This document shows positions 20,500-31,697 of a stretch of DNA of 64,000 nt, in pieces. The DNA is from an uncultured Rivularia sp. (GTDB taxonomy: Bacteria; Cyanobacteriota; Cyanobacteriia; Cyanobacteriales; Nostocaceae): the NCBI GenBank assembly GCA_963665115.1, contig OY762007.1, positions 608,001-672,000 of the forward strand, written 5' to 3'. Within the stretch, counting starts at the first letter, position 1, and every line of letters starts with the position of its first letter. The notes beneath the pieces were generated by a model that searched no databases, was not told the origin of the DNA, and saw only the letters and a list, made by a program, of their open reading frames with translations. Made by a program: the position numbers and the translations under genes.

Positions 20500-23400
20500 T
20501 CATGCCATTACTAATTTCTCAACCTGAGAAAGAAATTCATGTTCTAAATAAGGCTTGGTTAAGTAAGCATTTGCACCTAATGCTTCAGCAAGTTGGCGAT
20601 GCTTTTCTGCGCTACGAGAAGTAAGCACAACTACAGGAACATTACCTAAATTAGGACTTTGACGCAAATTACTTAACAGTTCAAAACCATTCATCCGAGG
20701 CATTTCCAAATCGGAAATTACTAAATCAACTTCGGGATGATGCTGCAATTTTTCTAAAGCTTCTATACCATTTTGGGCTTGTACGACCTGATAACCGTAT
20801 TTCTGTAAAGTTAAAGAAATAGTTTGTCGCAGACTAATCGCATCATCCACCACTAAAACAACTTTTGAAGATTTAGCAACAGGCGATTTTGCTTTATGCC
20901 CCGAAGTAATTTGAGGATTAGTTGTCGATTTAGAAGCAGCAAGTAGTCCTTTGGATGTGATTATTTCTCCCGACATTTGCAAAGCTTTCTTGGAAGTCGC
21001 TGAAGGTAAAGCCGTATAATCAATTGACGCTTGCATTTCGCCAATGGATGGTATCAAAGTTCCATCAATTACTAGAATTAAATTACCATTAGCCAAGCTA
21101 CTACAACCGTAAACATATTTTGGGGGAGCAATTGCTTGACCTAAAGGTCTAACTACTAACTCTTGCTCTCCAATTATTTGGTCAATTTCTAAACCTAAAA
21201 TTTGGTCGTTGCTGTGTAATAATAAAATAGGATTTACAGTATTATCCCTATTATTAATAGTAGGTTGAGTAGATAAAGTATTTTCACTAGTAAATGGACG
21301 ATGATATTGCATTAAATCTGAAAGATTGAGCAGATTTACCATGCGTTCTTCTTTACCTGTATTCCAGTAAAGAACTTTTTTATTTTCAAACTGTTTAATT
21401 TGCTCGGGGGATGGAAGCAATATTTTTGCAATGCTGTCTAATAGCAGTGCGTAAGCAGCACCTCCCGTTTGAACTATCATTAATTTTTCAGTAGTCATAG
21501 AAAAAGGAATTTTTAATACGAATGTTGTTCCTTGCTGGGGTTGTGAATAAACTGCAATAGAACCGTTGAGTGCTTGCAATTGAGTGCGAACAATATCCAA
21601 CCCGATACCCCTTCCGGAAATATCGCTAACTTTGCCAGCAGTCGAAAATCCTGGAGAGAACAAACAATCTAACAGTTCTTCCTCCATTAAGCCCGAATCG
21701 TGTCTGCTAAATTCTTTATCTGAACTTAACATTCCTAATTCAATTGCTTTATTACGAATTCTCTCGAAATTCAAACCTCCACCATCATCTCTAACTTCGA
21801 TAACAGTTTGAGAACCCCGGTTGTAAGCACAAATTTCGATTAAACCTTGTTCGGATTTGTGGCGATCGCCACGAATTTCTGTTGACTCGATACCATGATC
21901 GTAAGCGTTACGTACCAAATGTAATAATGGATCGTAAAGTTTTTCAGCAATTGCTTTATCTACTAAAACGGAGCCACCACTCAGCCGCAATTCAACATTT
22001 TTACCGTGAATATTGGTTAGGTTTTGTACCATTTGGGGGAAGCGATTGAGAATATTACCCAGAGGTAACATTCTTGCTTCAACCAAATTATCAATAATAC
22101 CAAGTGCTAATCGTTGTGTCTTATCATGAACTTGAGCAGATCGCTGAATAACTAAATCTGCTGATTCTAAAATTTCCTGTAATCGTGTTGCTTGTTCGGT
22201 AACTTCATGTAACCCTAAATGAAACTCCGTATAGTCATCCATTTCTAAAGAATCAAAGTCTACAGAAGCAACATTAAGCGTATTTTGCGATACTACTTTT
22301 TGAGAATGTAAAGGTAAATCCCGTAATTGTTCTAAACTTTGTTGATGTCTTTGAAGTTTTTCAAATAATTGCTTAACTGTTTGTTTAAGCTGGTCATCTT
22401 GGGAAGTTCTGCGCTTTTGATAAATTAGCAATTCCCCTGCCAAATAATTGAGACGCTGTAAACTTTCTACATCTACACGTACAAAAGAAGGTAGCTTAGA
22501 ATTTCTAGCTGGATTTGCTGCTTTTTTTTCTGTACGATTTTCGTTTTTAGCAATTGGGTTAGCAGCATATTGAATAATCGTATTAGAAGAATCTTCATCA
22601 TTACTTGTATCTAATGGTGAAGTTTGAGTCACCTTGCTTTCAGGTTCAGATTCTGTAGTTTCTTCTTCAATAATATTCGACGCTAAATTAGGATCTATAT
22701 CTTCTCCCCAAATTGCTTCCAGTATATTTTCTCCTGGATTATGCACAATTTCAGGAGAAACTGTTTCTTGAATTTCTTCTATAAGTTCTTTTTTGGCTTC
22801 TTGTTTAATTCCTAGCAAATTTTGTAATTTTAAACTATCAAGCCATTTCTTCTCTTCTACAGTGACAGGAGAATAATTTTTATATTCTTTAGCAATATCG
22901 GAAACTTTGCTTTGTAAAGTTTCAATTATGGAAAAATCGCATAAATTTTCTTGATAGCATTTAAATCTGGCTACAGCTAGAAGAACTGTTAAAATGCCTC
23001 CCAAACGATAAAGACAAAGACTGGGAGAATCCGAATCTTCTTGTACAAATTCTAGAAATTCTTGCAGCCAGTTCTCAACATATTCAGCAGAATTTTCGGC
23101 TACATTATTTTTAGGAATAAGTAAATGTAAAGCAAGTTTATCTTCAGGAATATTTAGCTCATGATTAAACCAACCCAAAATACACCGAATTACTTTTAAA
23201 TGAAATTTAGCCGACTTTGGCTTAAGAGGTTCGCTATCAATATTCCCTTTTGTAAAAAATTCGTATAATTCTTCTATTTGGGTTCTTAAAGGTTTAGCGT
23301 TCGATTCTGTTTTTAAAGATTGAGTTGTTACATTTCCAAAAATATTTTCTGCGATATGGGATTCTAATAAATTAAAATCTTCCGTATCTTCATCCTGAGA

Positions 23401-24198
23401 ATTCATGACTACAGTCTGCGAAAAAGCCAGCAAATCCTGCGAAGCTTCTCCACCACGCTCCCGATCGCCAGCTAAAACAGCTTCTCGTGCTTGCTGTAAA
23501 TCGCGATTAGCTATTTTAGCGATTTCCAAAGCTTGAGAAGAATTAGCGTCTAATGCGGCAAGAATAGCTTGAGTTATTTCACCGAATCCAGGTAAATTTA
23601 AAGACTCCGATAATCCAGTAAAAACTTCAGCTTGAGTGCGTAAAAAAGTAGCAACTTCGGAAGTTTCGGGAGGATTATTAACTAAATCCTCGATACTGTC
23701 AATACGTTGAGTTACACCAGTTTCAAAAATTGATAATACAATATCAAAACCTAATTCCTCAGAAGTCGGAATATGAGCCTCAGCACCAAATGCATCACCA
23801 AGCTTTTCCTGTAAATCGGCAAAAACTGAAGCAGCTCGCTGCATCAGTTCATCATCATCAATTTTAGTCCCCGTGATTTCCGAAGTTAAGCATAATTGCA
23901 AACACTCAAAAGCTTGTGATAACAAAGAGTGTAATTGAGAATCAATTTCAACTTCAGGATTATATAAAGCTTTAAAAACATCCTCTAAAGAATGGGCTAT
24001 TTTAGTGATTGATTCTAATTCAACATTAGCAGCACCACCTTTAAGCGTATGAGTAGCCCGCATTAAATTATGCACCCTATTGGTAGTTCGGTCTTCAACC
24101 AAACCGAAAAGTTCTTCTTCAATAGTTTGCAGTAATTCCGGAGCTTCGTTGAGAAAATATATATACCCTTGTTCGCGGATAGAAGAGTCAGTAATCAT
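20500..24198 (-). CDS. cheA: Hybrid CheA-type kinase (Hpt-HATPase-CheW-REC), PtxE/PixL-like
   Basis: RATHTLKGGA Hpt, DPLLHLVRNAYDHGIE, SGRGIGLDIV, a CheW domain and a C-terminal receiver (VVDD, DLEMPRMNG). Confidence 0.95.
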   Translation of the reverse strand: MITDSSIREQGYIYFLNEAPELLQTIEEELFGLVEDRTTNRVHNLMRATHTLKGGAANVELESITKIAHSLEDVFKALYNPEVEIDSQLHSLLSQAFECLQLCLTSEITGTKIDDDELMQRAASVFADLQEKLGDAFGAEAHIPTSEELGFDIVLSIFETGVTQRIDSIEDLVNNPPETSEVATFLRTQAEVFTGLSESLNLPGFGEITQAILAALDANSSQALEIAKIANRDLQQAREAVLAGDRERGGEASQDLLAFSQTVVMNSQDEDTEDFNLLESHIAENIFGNVTTQSLKTESNAKPLRTQIEELYEFFTKGNIDSEPLKPKSAKFHLKVIRCILGWFNHELNIPEDKLALHLLIPKNNVAENSAEYVENWLQEFLEFVQEDSDSPSLCLYRLGGILTVLLAVARFKCYQENLCDFSIIETLQSKVSDIAKEYKNYSPVTVEEKKWLDSLKLQNLLGIKQEAKKELIEEIQETVSPEIVHNPGENILEAIWGEDIDPNLASNIIEEETTESEPESKVTQTSPLDTSNDEDSSNTIIQYAANPIAKNENRTEKKAANPARNSKLPSFVRVDVESLQRLNYLAGELLIYQKRRTSQDDQLKQTVKQLFEKLQRHQQSLEQLRDLPLHSQKVVSQNTLNVASVDFDSLEMDDYTEFHLGLHEVTEQATRLQEILESADLVIQRSAQVHDKTQRLALGIIDNLVEARMLPLGNILNRFPQMVQNLTNIHGKNVELRLSGGSVLVDKAIAEKLYDPLLHLVRNAYDHGIESTEIRGDRHKSEQGLIEICAYNRGSQTVIEVRDDGGGLNFERIRNKAIELGMLSSDKEFSRHDSGLMEEELLDCLFSPGFSTAGKVSDISGRGIGLDIVRTQLQALNGSIAVYSQPQQGTTFVLKIPFSMTTEKLMIVQTGGAAYALLLDSIAKILLPSPEQIKQFENKKVLYWNTGKEERMVNLLNLSDLMQYHRPFTSENTLSTQPTINNRDNTVNPILLLHSNDQILGLEIDQIIGEQELVVRPLGQAIAPPKYVYGCSSLANGNLILVIDGTLIPSIGEMQASIDYTALPSATSKKALQMSGEIITSKGLLAASKSTTNPQITSGHKAKSPVAKSSKVVLVVDDAISLRQTISLTLQKYGYQVVQAQNGIEALEKLQHHPEVDLVISDLEMPRMNGFELLSNLRQSPNLGNVPVVVLTSRSAEKHRQLAEALGANAYLTKPYLEHEFLSQVEKLVMA

Positions 24199-24234
24199 GA
24201 TTTGAAGAGTTAGGAGTTAGGAGTTATTTTACTT

Positions 24235-24582
24235 TTAAATTGATTGTTCGCTTGTTTTGACTATTGAACTCAAAATACGAATAATTTTATCTATATATAT
24301 GAGTTTTTGAGTTACATCAATTTTCACTAAATTAGAATATTTTAGTAGTCGTAACCAATATTTTGTTTCTTTGGCTTCTTTATAAGCAATATACATTTTC
24401 GCTAAGAAGTTTTTTCGACTTTGACTTCCACTAGCTTTTTCAACATTGCCTCCAATACTTGTTCCAGATTTGAACAATTGATTGGAAATTACATATTCTT
24501 TATGCTGTTGAAGTTGAGTGTAAAGATGGATTATCTCTAAAGCAAAGTTAAAACTTTTATTTTGTATAATACTCGTTGCCAA
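24235..24582 (-). CDS. Four-helix-bundle protein (23S rRNA intervening-sequence protein / Avd-like family)
   Basis: KSFNFALEII, ISNQLFKSGTSIGGNVE and IAYKEAKETKYWLRLL; TTG start with a GGGAGG SD. Confidence 0.88.
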   Translation of the reverse strand: MATSIIQNKSFNFALEIIHLYTQLQQHKEYVISNQLFKSGTSIGGNVEKASGSQSRKNFLAKMYIAYKEAKETKYWLRLLKYSNLVKIDVTQKLIYIDKIIRILSSIVKTSEQSI

Positions 24583-24667
24583 AAGCTACCCTCCCATAGT
24601 CAAAGCCTAATTTATTACTTTATTTTCTTTTACAAATCAGAAGTTTTAACTAGGAATTTAAATATCG

Positions 24668-24732
24668 AGGACTTACACAGTAATTACAAATTAATAAAAA
24701 GGTTATTAATTAATTTCTCATGCATAAGTCCT
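24668..24732. mobile_element. MITE-like element, AGGACTTACGCA-type terminal inverted repeats (degenerate copy)
   Basis: aggacttacaca ... tgcataagtcct; the same ends as 31213-31296 and 50061-50152. Confidence 0.55.
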
Positions 24733-24776
24733 GATATCACTCCTAACTCCTAACTCATAACTCCTAACTTTCATTG

Positions 24777-27700
24777 TCAGTTGATTTTAAATTTACTTAC
24801 ACTCGCCAACAATTCCTGTCCCATTTCAGATAAGTGCTGGAATACAGAAGCAATGCTGTTAGCTTCAATGGAAGTCTTTTGGGAAATTTGGGCTACATCT
24901 TTCATGGATGCTGTAGCTGATACTGATTGCAACATTTGGGTTTGGGTTGCATCAGTAATCCTTTCAAGTAAATCGCTGATTTCGGCAGTTGCGTCAACGA
25001 TGTCGTTGAGGTTCTGTCTGGTTTCGTTTACCAGATTGGTTCCTTCTACTACCTGCTGAATACCTGTTTCCATCGCTACTGCAACTTCGCCGGTTTCTTC
25101 TTGGATTTCTTGAACTAGTTTTTCAATTTCGATCGTTGCTGCTGCTGACTGACGAGACAAGGAACGTACTTCATCGGCTACGACTGCAAAGCCTTTACCG
25201 TATTCGCCAGCACGGGTAGCTTCAATTGCAGCGTTTAGGGCTAGTACGTTGGTTTGAGTCGCAAAGTTGCTGATTAAGTTTACTACTTTGGAAATTTTCT
25301 GCGAAGATTCGCTGAGACGCTTAATCTTTTTACTGGTTTGAGAAACAGTTTCGCGGATGCCTTGAATGGCTTCTACAGTCATGTTCATGGCTGCATCACC
25401 GGAATCTACAGTTTGATTAGCTTTTTGGACTGCCATTTGTACCGATTCAGCATTTGATACTACTTCTTGCGTAGAATCAACCATTTGCTGAATCTCAGTC
25501 AAAGCACCGCTAATTTCTCTTGACTGCTGCTGCGCTAAGTCTGTTAATCCATTTAGGGATATGTTGCTGTTACCCGAAGTCTCAGCTACTTGTTGGGCAG
25601 CCGCTTGTACTTGGAGAACGATTTTCCGTAATGCTTGTAAAGTATTGTTGTAAGCGTCGGCGATAGTACCTAGTTCGTCTTCGGTAATTGGGGCACGTAC
25701 TGTCAAATCTCCGTTTAGAGCCGGTCTAACTGCTGCAAGTAACTGCATCGCACCTTTTTGCAAAGATTCTCTCGCTTGCTTCTCTCTATCTGCTGCTTCT
25801 GCTACTTGAGAAGACTGCGTTTGTAGTTGCTGGAGGAATTCAACTTGCTGTAACGCTACGCTTAATTGGTTAGAAATTTGTGTGAGCAGATTAACTTCTG
25901 CATCTTCCCAATCGCGAGGACCTTCATTTTGATAAGCTGCAAGCATTCCCCAAAGCTTTTGTCCTTGATAAATGGGGACGATAGCATAAGCTTTACACTG
26001 ATATTGCTCCAATACTTGAAGGTAACAATGGTTGAACCCTTTAGCGTATATATCAGAAACGACATAAGATTGATTCTCCGCACCTTTACTGCTTAGAGAA
26101 GTTTGTAAGTGAGGGTCTGTGTTACCAGTACTTATTCCATTGCTTTGGAATAAACTCCGCATTCGAGTACAGCTACTTACGCTTTCTTGTAAACGTCGAA
26201 TTTGATGCTGTCTATCTACTAAAGGAAGCCAGCCAGGACTGATTGATTCCGCGACAAACTCCCCACTATAATCAGGATTGAGACGATATATTGCTACCCG
26301 GTCGGCTTTTAATAGCGCTCGCATCTCTTGAGTAGTAGTTAAGAAGATACTTTCAATATCGAGAGATTCTCTGATTTTATCAATAACTCTAGATAAAGCG
26401 CGATCGCGATTTACTGATAGTTGTATTTGCTTAGATTGCTCCTGGTATCTATCTAATGTTTGTGACTGTTGCATCGCGACTGCTAACAGCACGGCAATCT
26501 GCTCCATCGAAGTGACTTCAAATTTTTCCCAATGACGGGTTTCTGTATGTTGATAGCTCGCTAATAATCCCCAAAGTCTATCGCCATGAAAAATGGGAAC
26601 GGTAAGATAGGCTTTAGCTTCAAATTGGTCTAAAAGCTCTTTATAGCAAGGAGGAAAATTCTGCTTTTCTACATCATCAACAACGAAACTGGTTTTATTT
26701 TTGTAACGACCTCCTTTAGTATCTTGGAGATAGGTATCTTTCTCTTTGATTGAATCAAGACTGCGAAGAGAGTCACAATGACCGTTTTCTTGCAATAAAT
26801 CTTCGTCAATTTCTGTTTCTGTAAAAGGTTTCCAGTTTTTGCCTACAGATTCAGCAATAAATTCACCGCTCCAGTCTTCGTTGAAGCGATAAACAGCGGT
26901 GCGGTCAGTTTTCAATAATCGACGGACTTCATAAACCGTCGTTTGGAGAATTCCATTGAATTGCGAGGAGTTTGTAACTTTTTCTGCGAGTCCCTTGTCC
27001 AATTTTGCGGGTTAGGGTGATAAGACTTTGCTGGCGTTCTGCTGTCTGCGATAATTGTCGCGATTTACGTTCGCTTTCCTGTGCAAATTCTGCTTGAGAT
27101 ACAGCTACGCCCAAGTTTATCGCGATTTGGCGCAACAGCTGGACTTGCTCGTCTTGCCATTCATAAACCCCACTGTTTTGATAAGCACCTAGTAAGCCCC
27201 AGAGTTTTTGTCCTGCAAATAACGGAACAATCACATAGGCTTTGACTTGGAACTGTTCTAAAATCTCGAGATGACAAGGTGCGTGATTCATCTCATAGAT
27301 ATCATTGGCAACCAAAGTTTCGTGCTGTCGATAACGACCTCCTTTGGTTTCCTGTAAGTGAGAATCTTCCCAAATAGTTTTGATCCCAGGACCAACTAGT
27401 GGTACCCAACCATTTGCCACAGATTCTGCCACGAATTCGCCACTCCAATCAGGATTAAAGCGATAAACCGCCAAACGGTCGCATTTTATGAGTTCGCGGA
27501 CTTCTTGGGTAGTAGTGCGGAACAGCTTATCCAAACTAGAAGCGAGTTGAATTTTATCAATAACTTTGGTTATGGATTTAAACTCTTGAGCCTGCTGTTG
27601 AAGCCTTCTTTGTAATTCAAAACTTTCTAATTTGTGAGAAATTTCAGTAACGACTAGAGATAACAGGCTAATTTCCCGTTCTTGCCACTGACGCTCCGCC

Positions 27701-28233
27701 GCACAATTTTGCATTCCTAGCAATCCCCAGATTTGGTCTGCAACAAAGATTGGAATGGTTAAACTAGCTCTAACTTGGAATTTTTCTAAAATTTGGGCTT
27801 TATAAGCTGTAAGTTCAATTTCCTTAATATCGTTAATGCTGACAGCTTCTAAATATTCTTCTCTAGCATCTAACCCAAAAATCATTGCTGGGATAGTTTC
27901 ACCAATTGCAGGAGTCCAACCATTGGCAATAGATTCTCCCAACACAACACCGGATGATGAAGAATTAAAGCGATAAAGCATTACTCTATCGCTTTGTATT
28001 TTCTCCTTTACTACTGCGGTTGTAACTTGGACTAATTCTTCCAAATTTTTTACTTTACGAATTTGATTAAGAATTGAAGATAACTGTGCTCTCCAATTCT
28101 TAAATTGCTCCTGGTTAGTTGGTGAATCTGAGGCTGTGCTGCTTAATTCGCTCAGTGTATCGGAATGTTCAACTTTAGCGATGTGATGTCCGTTTTCTGT
28201 ATGTTCTTGATATGCGCTAGTCATTGGAGGCAC
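24777..28233 (-). CDS. Soluble methyl-accepting phototaxis receptor with four GAF domains (cyanobacteriochrome, PtxD/PixJ-like); apparent +1 frameshift at CCC 26992-26994
   Basis: GAF2 has WEDSHLQET...APCHL. GAF3 and GAF4 have CY plus inserted Cys loops. A HAMP ([11 protein letters not shown]) and MCP hairpin ([31 protein letters not shown]) follow, with no TM. Removing one base gives [12 protein letters not shown]. Confidence 0.92.
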
Positions 28234-28298
28234 CTTAAAGTATTTTAAATTACGTTCTTAGAGGTATTATTTTTTTCTGTCTTCCCTATTACCTAAAC

Positions 28299-28775
28299 TC
28301 AATTATGAATCGACCATAAAGGAGATTGAAGGATTGCAGAAGCATCTAAATTGACAATCATTTCTTCTGAAGAATTAATAAAATATCCCTGTAAAAAAGG
28401 AATAACTTCTTGGGAAACTAATTCCGGTGCTGGTGGCTTCATTTGTTTTAAATTAAACTCTTCAATATCCATGATTTGTCGCACCAACAAACCCATAGAT
28501 TTACCTTCTTTCTCCAAAATAATTGCCATCATTTTTGACACAAAGCTACTGCCGTAGGAGTAAGGTAAGTAGCCTAACATTTCCTCTAAATCAATTAACC
28601 AAAGCATTTCACCGCGCCAATTATAGATACCGAATACACAGCTAGGCATCTGAGGAACGCAGCACACTTCATTTAAAGATACAGGTAAAATTTCCGTCAC
28701 GTTTTGCAATGAGATAATTGCTGTATCTTTTACACCTAAATTAAAGCTTAAAAACTTATCTTCCGTCGTATCCAA
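28299..28775 (-). CDS. cheW: CheW coupling protein
   Basis: VPQMPSCVFGIYNWRGEMLWLIDL; lies in a che operon. Confidence 0.93.
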   Translation of the reverse strand: MDTTEDKFLSFNLGVKDTAIISLQNVTEILPVSLNEVCCVPQMPSCVFGIYNWRGEMLWLIDLEEMLGYLPYSYGSSFVSKMMAIILEKEGKSMGLLVRQIMDIEEFNLKQMKPPAPELVSQEVIPFLQGYFINSSEEMIVNLDASAILQSPLWSIHN

Positions 28776-28838
28776 AGCTATTGTTCCTTACACGTAATTA
28801 TTTATTTCTCAATTAGTATCAACTCTTCTCACTATTTC

Positions 28839-29204
28839 CTATCCCCTTTTTAATTGTTGTAAAACACCTTCCAACTCCTCTTTTTTAACTGGCTTAGAAA
28901 GAAAAGCATCAGCACCTAACATATCACCCCACATCTTATCTACATCAGTATTTTTTGTGGAGCAGAAAACTACTGGAATAGTACTGGTATTCGGATTCTC
29001 TTTCAGTTCGCGGCAAATTTCAAAACCACTTTTTCCCGGTAAAATTACATCCAGGAATATAAGATCAGGCTTATTCTGAGTGATTTTCTGCTGAGCTTCA
29101 TCACTGCTTGTTGCTCCCATGACGTTATAGCCAGCTTGTTCTAAATAGCGGCTAATCATCTGCATATCAGTTACACCGTCTTCAACAACCAAAATAGTAC
29201 TCAT
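28839..29204 (-). CDS. cheY: CheY-like single-domain response regulator
   Basis: ILVVED, LDVILPGKSGFEICR and LSKP; ATG at 29204 (MSTIL). Confidence 0.9.
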   Translation of the reverse strand: MSTILVVEDGVTDMQMISRYLEQAGYNVMGATSSDEAQQKITQNKPDLIFLDVILPGKSGFEICRELKENPNTSTIPVVFCSTKNTDVDKMWGDMLGADAFLSKPVKKEELEGVLQQLKRG

Positions 29205-29455
29205 AGAATTACCTATCAAATTTATTTAATAAAGAATTTACAGCGGTTAACAGCGATTTTTTGGGCTTTTATATAGCTTAATCTTCTTCTAATTTTGATG
29301 CATATGAAGTTAATTAAGCTTCAGTAAAAACACTTGTGCTATACAATATCAAAAGTTTGAATTACTTTGATAAAGCAAATATATAAACAACAGATATCTA
29401 CCATAAATAAGGGTTGTAGATAAACATACCTGTAATGCCTATAAAAGCAAATAAA

Positions 29456-30673
29456 TTAAGAATTACCAAATGACAAAGTTTGCCTACTTGAGCCACTTTT
29501 AGCAGGTGATGGAGTTTGGATATATTTGCGTATTACTCCTATTACTTTGTCAGCAACCACAGGCTTGGTAATAAAATCCGTAGAACCTACAACCTTGGCA
29601 CGAACTCGGTCGAATAAGCCATCGCTACCCGTGAGTATAATCACTGGTGTATTAGCAAAAACAGAAATTCGACGCAATTGAGCGCAAATTTCATAACCAC
29701 TAGCAACTGGCATCACCAAATCTAAGAAAATCAAATCTGGTTTATTCTCAATCAAAATTGGTAAAGCCTGTACGGGATCTTGAATTTTAATGAACCTCAA
29801 TCCTTGAGGAACAAGAATTTGTTCGAGCATCTGACAGACTTGCGGGCTATCATCAACACAAGCGATTAAAGGTCCTGATGGTGCTTCTGGCTCAGGTTCT
29901 ACAGTCGATATGTTTTGGCCATCACCGATCTTAAAAGGCAAATCGGGAACTTTAATCAGTTCGATAATCCCTTTAAGCACGTAAGGCAACAATGAACGAG
30001 CTATAGGTAACGGACTTTGCTTCATTTTGACGGCTAAATCTCGCAAAGTGTATTTACCGTTCATCAAATTGACAAAGTTTTTGTAGACGGCCGGACTTAC
30101 CATCTGCTGTAACTGTTCCGGTCTGCGGAGAATTGGTGCCAAGTCAGGAGAGAAATTCGCCAAACCTGCTTCAGACCAATGTTTCCACGTGTCTTGCATG
30201 AACTTCAAAGACATATCTGCACTTGTAAAGCTCATCGGTGCTTCCAATATCACATCGTTAGTGCGATCGCACTGGATTTGATTGAAATGTGCCTGTTGAG
30301 CTAGGTCAAATAGCAGTTCTGCGATAGTCTTTTCTACAACAGAGTTTATATGCTCGCGTTTAATTTTCTGGTTTTCATGCAAAACTTCAAGCAGTTTATA
30401 ATCCCAGTAATCATTTTTATTTGATAAATCTTTGGAGTTGAACTGCATTTTGTCAATATCAATATCCGGACAATGTTGGGTCATGTGTCTGCGCCAACGT
30501 CGGAAGGGATGAGTTCCCCCAGTTGCCCAAACTATACGTCCCAATCTGTAGTAGAACACCCACTTATGCCCTTTGGAACTTTTGATATTTAATTTGCCAC
30601 TATATTGTATTTGAGTACAAGTCCTAAATTCATCGAGTAATTCACTCGACACCATCATTTCCGGATGGCTCAT
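29456..30673 (-). CDS. PatA-family response regulator (PATAN/DUF4388 + REC), PtxA/PixG-like
   Basis: N-terminal WVFYYRLGRIVWATGG..RRWRR PATAN; C-terminal IACVDDS and LDLVMP receiver. Confidence 0.92.
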   Translation of the reverse strand: MSHPEMMVSSELLDEFRTCTQIQYSGKLNIKSSKGHKWVFYYRLGRIVWATGGTHPFRRWRRHMTQHCPDIDIDKMQFNSKDLSNKNDYWDYKLLEVLHENQKIKREHINSVVEKTIAELLFDLAQQAHFNQIQCDRTNDVILEAPMSFTSADMSLKFMQDTWKHWSEAGLANFSPDLAPILRRPEQLQQMVSPAVYKNFVNLMNGKYTLRDLAVKMKQSPLPIARSLLPYVLKGIIELIKVPDLPFKIGDGQNISTVEPEPEAPSGPLIACVDDSPQVCQMLEQILVPQGLRFIKIQDPVQALPILIENKPDLIFLDLVMPVASGYEICAQLRRISVFANTPVIILTGSDGLFDRVRAKVVGSTDFITKPVVADKVIGVIRKYIQTPSPAKSGSSRQTLSFGNS

Positions 30674-31212
30674 ACTTTGTTCCCTTTATTAATAAGTCTT
30701 CCATTAAATGTCCAGACTCGCGGTTGCAACAGTCAGGAGATACATCGCTTTGTTTGCAATTAAAAAAGCAAACCGGCTCCGGATGATTACCTTAATTTGA
30801 AGTAATGTACAATAACGCCTCTTGTTAAAGAGCCAGAACATCTGCAAGATATATCCATAGAAAAAGAATATATTTTTTGAGATTTCACGAATCATTTTAT
30901 AGAGCAGCTATAGCCCAATACGAGTATGCACCCGTATGAGTTATATATTATCTTAAAGTGAATATGACTATAACTAAATCAGTGTATATTCTGATTTTAG
31001 TTTTTTATAACTCTGTTGATTGTACGGACTTCAGCCAATTCTAATAACTATATTGTTAGTCAAAGACAATCATTTAATTATATTGATATATTTTAGATTA
31101 AGAATGGGTATAAATGAATAACATAATAGTACGTATTTATAATAAATAAAATAATAAATTTATGTTATAAAAAGAATGTTTACTATTTGATGTTATTCTT
31201 AATATTTATTCC

Positions 31213-31296
31213 AGGACTTAGGCAGCGAAAGGGAAAATATAGTGTTCCAGACTCAAGCGAACCCGCTGCTAATTTGGATAAATTTGCGTAAGTGCT
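31213..31296. mobile_element. MITE-like element, AGGACTTACGCA-type TIR
   Basis: aggacttaggca ... tgcgtaagtgct; the first ~40 nt closely resemble 50061-50100. Confidence 0.65.
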
Positions 31297-31424
31297 ATAT
31301 TCTTATCACTATTCCCTTTAATTCAGCTATTCACAAAAAAGGGAAAAAAATGATTTAGCCGGTTCTTTGTCAAAAAAACAAACCTGGCTTTTTATCACAT
31401 TTTTTTCACAAGAGATATTTACAG

Positions 31425-31524
31425 TTACAGCACTTTGCAGGTATATGAGGTACATTTCCCTACTCCCTACTCACTACTTCCTCTAGGAACGATGTGTACC
31501 TCACTTAAATGAAATCTGCTGTAA
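31425..31524. mobile_element. MITE-like palindromic element
   Basis: TTACAGCA...TGAGGTACA and TGTACCTCA...TGCTGTAA paired ends enclose a CTACTCC heptamer tract. Confidence 0.6.
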
Positions 31525-31697
31525 TGAAGGGGCTGCACTAACTAATTATAAAAGCTCCAATTATACTTATTTACTCAAAAAAACAACCTCATAAGAATGA
31601 AAGCCATTCATATATGTTGAATCGCTTTATTTTAGAGGTTAGCCTGTATTGAGAAGTGAGATAAATTAGTTCTTGTAACTTAATATCAATCTTTGTC

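Noticed and set aside
24235..24582. Diversity-generating retroelement
   Set aside because: An Avd-like fold is present, but there is no reverse transcriptase and no TR/VR pair with A-specific mismatches.
26929..27002. Programmed frameshift or genuine two-gene split of the photoreceptor
   Set aside because: There is no slippery heptamer, and it has the same +1 homopolymer signature as six other sites, so an artefact is more parsimonious.
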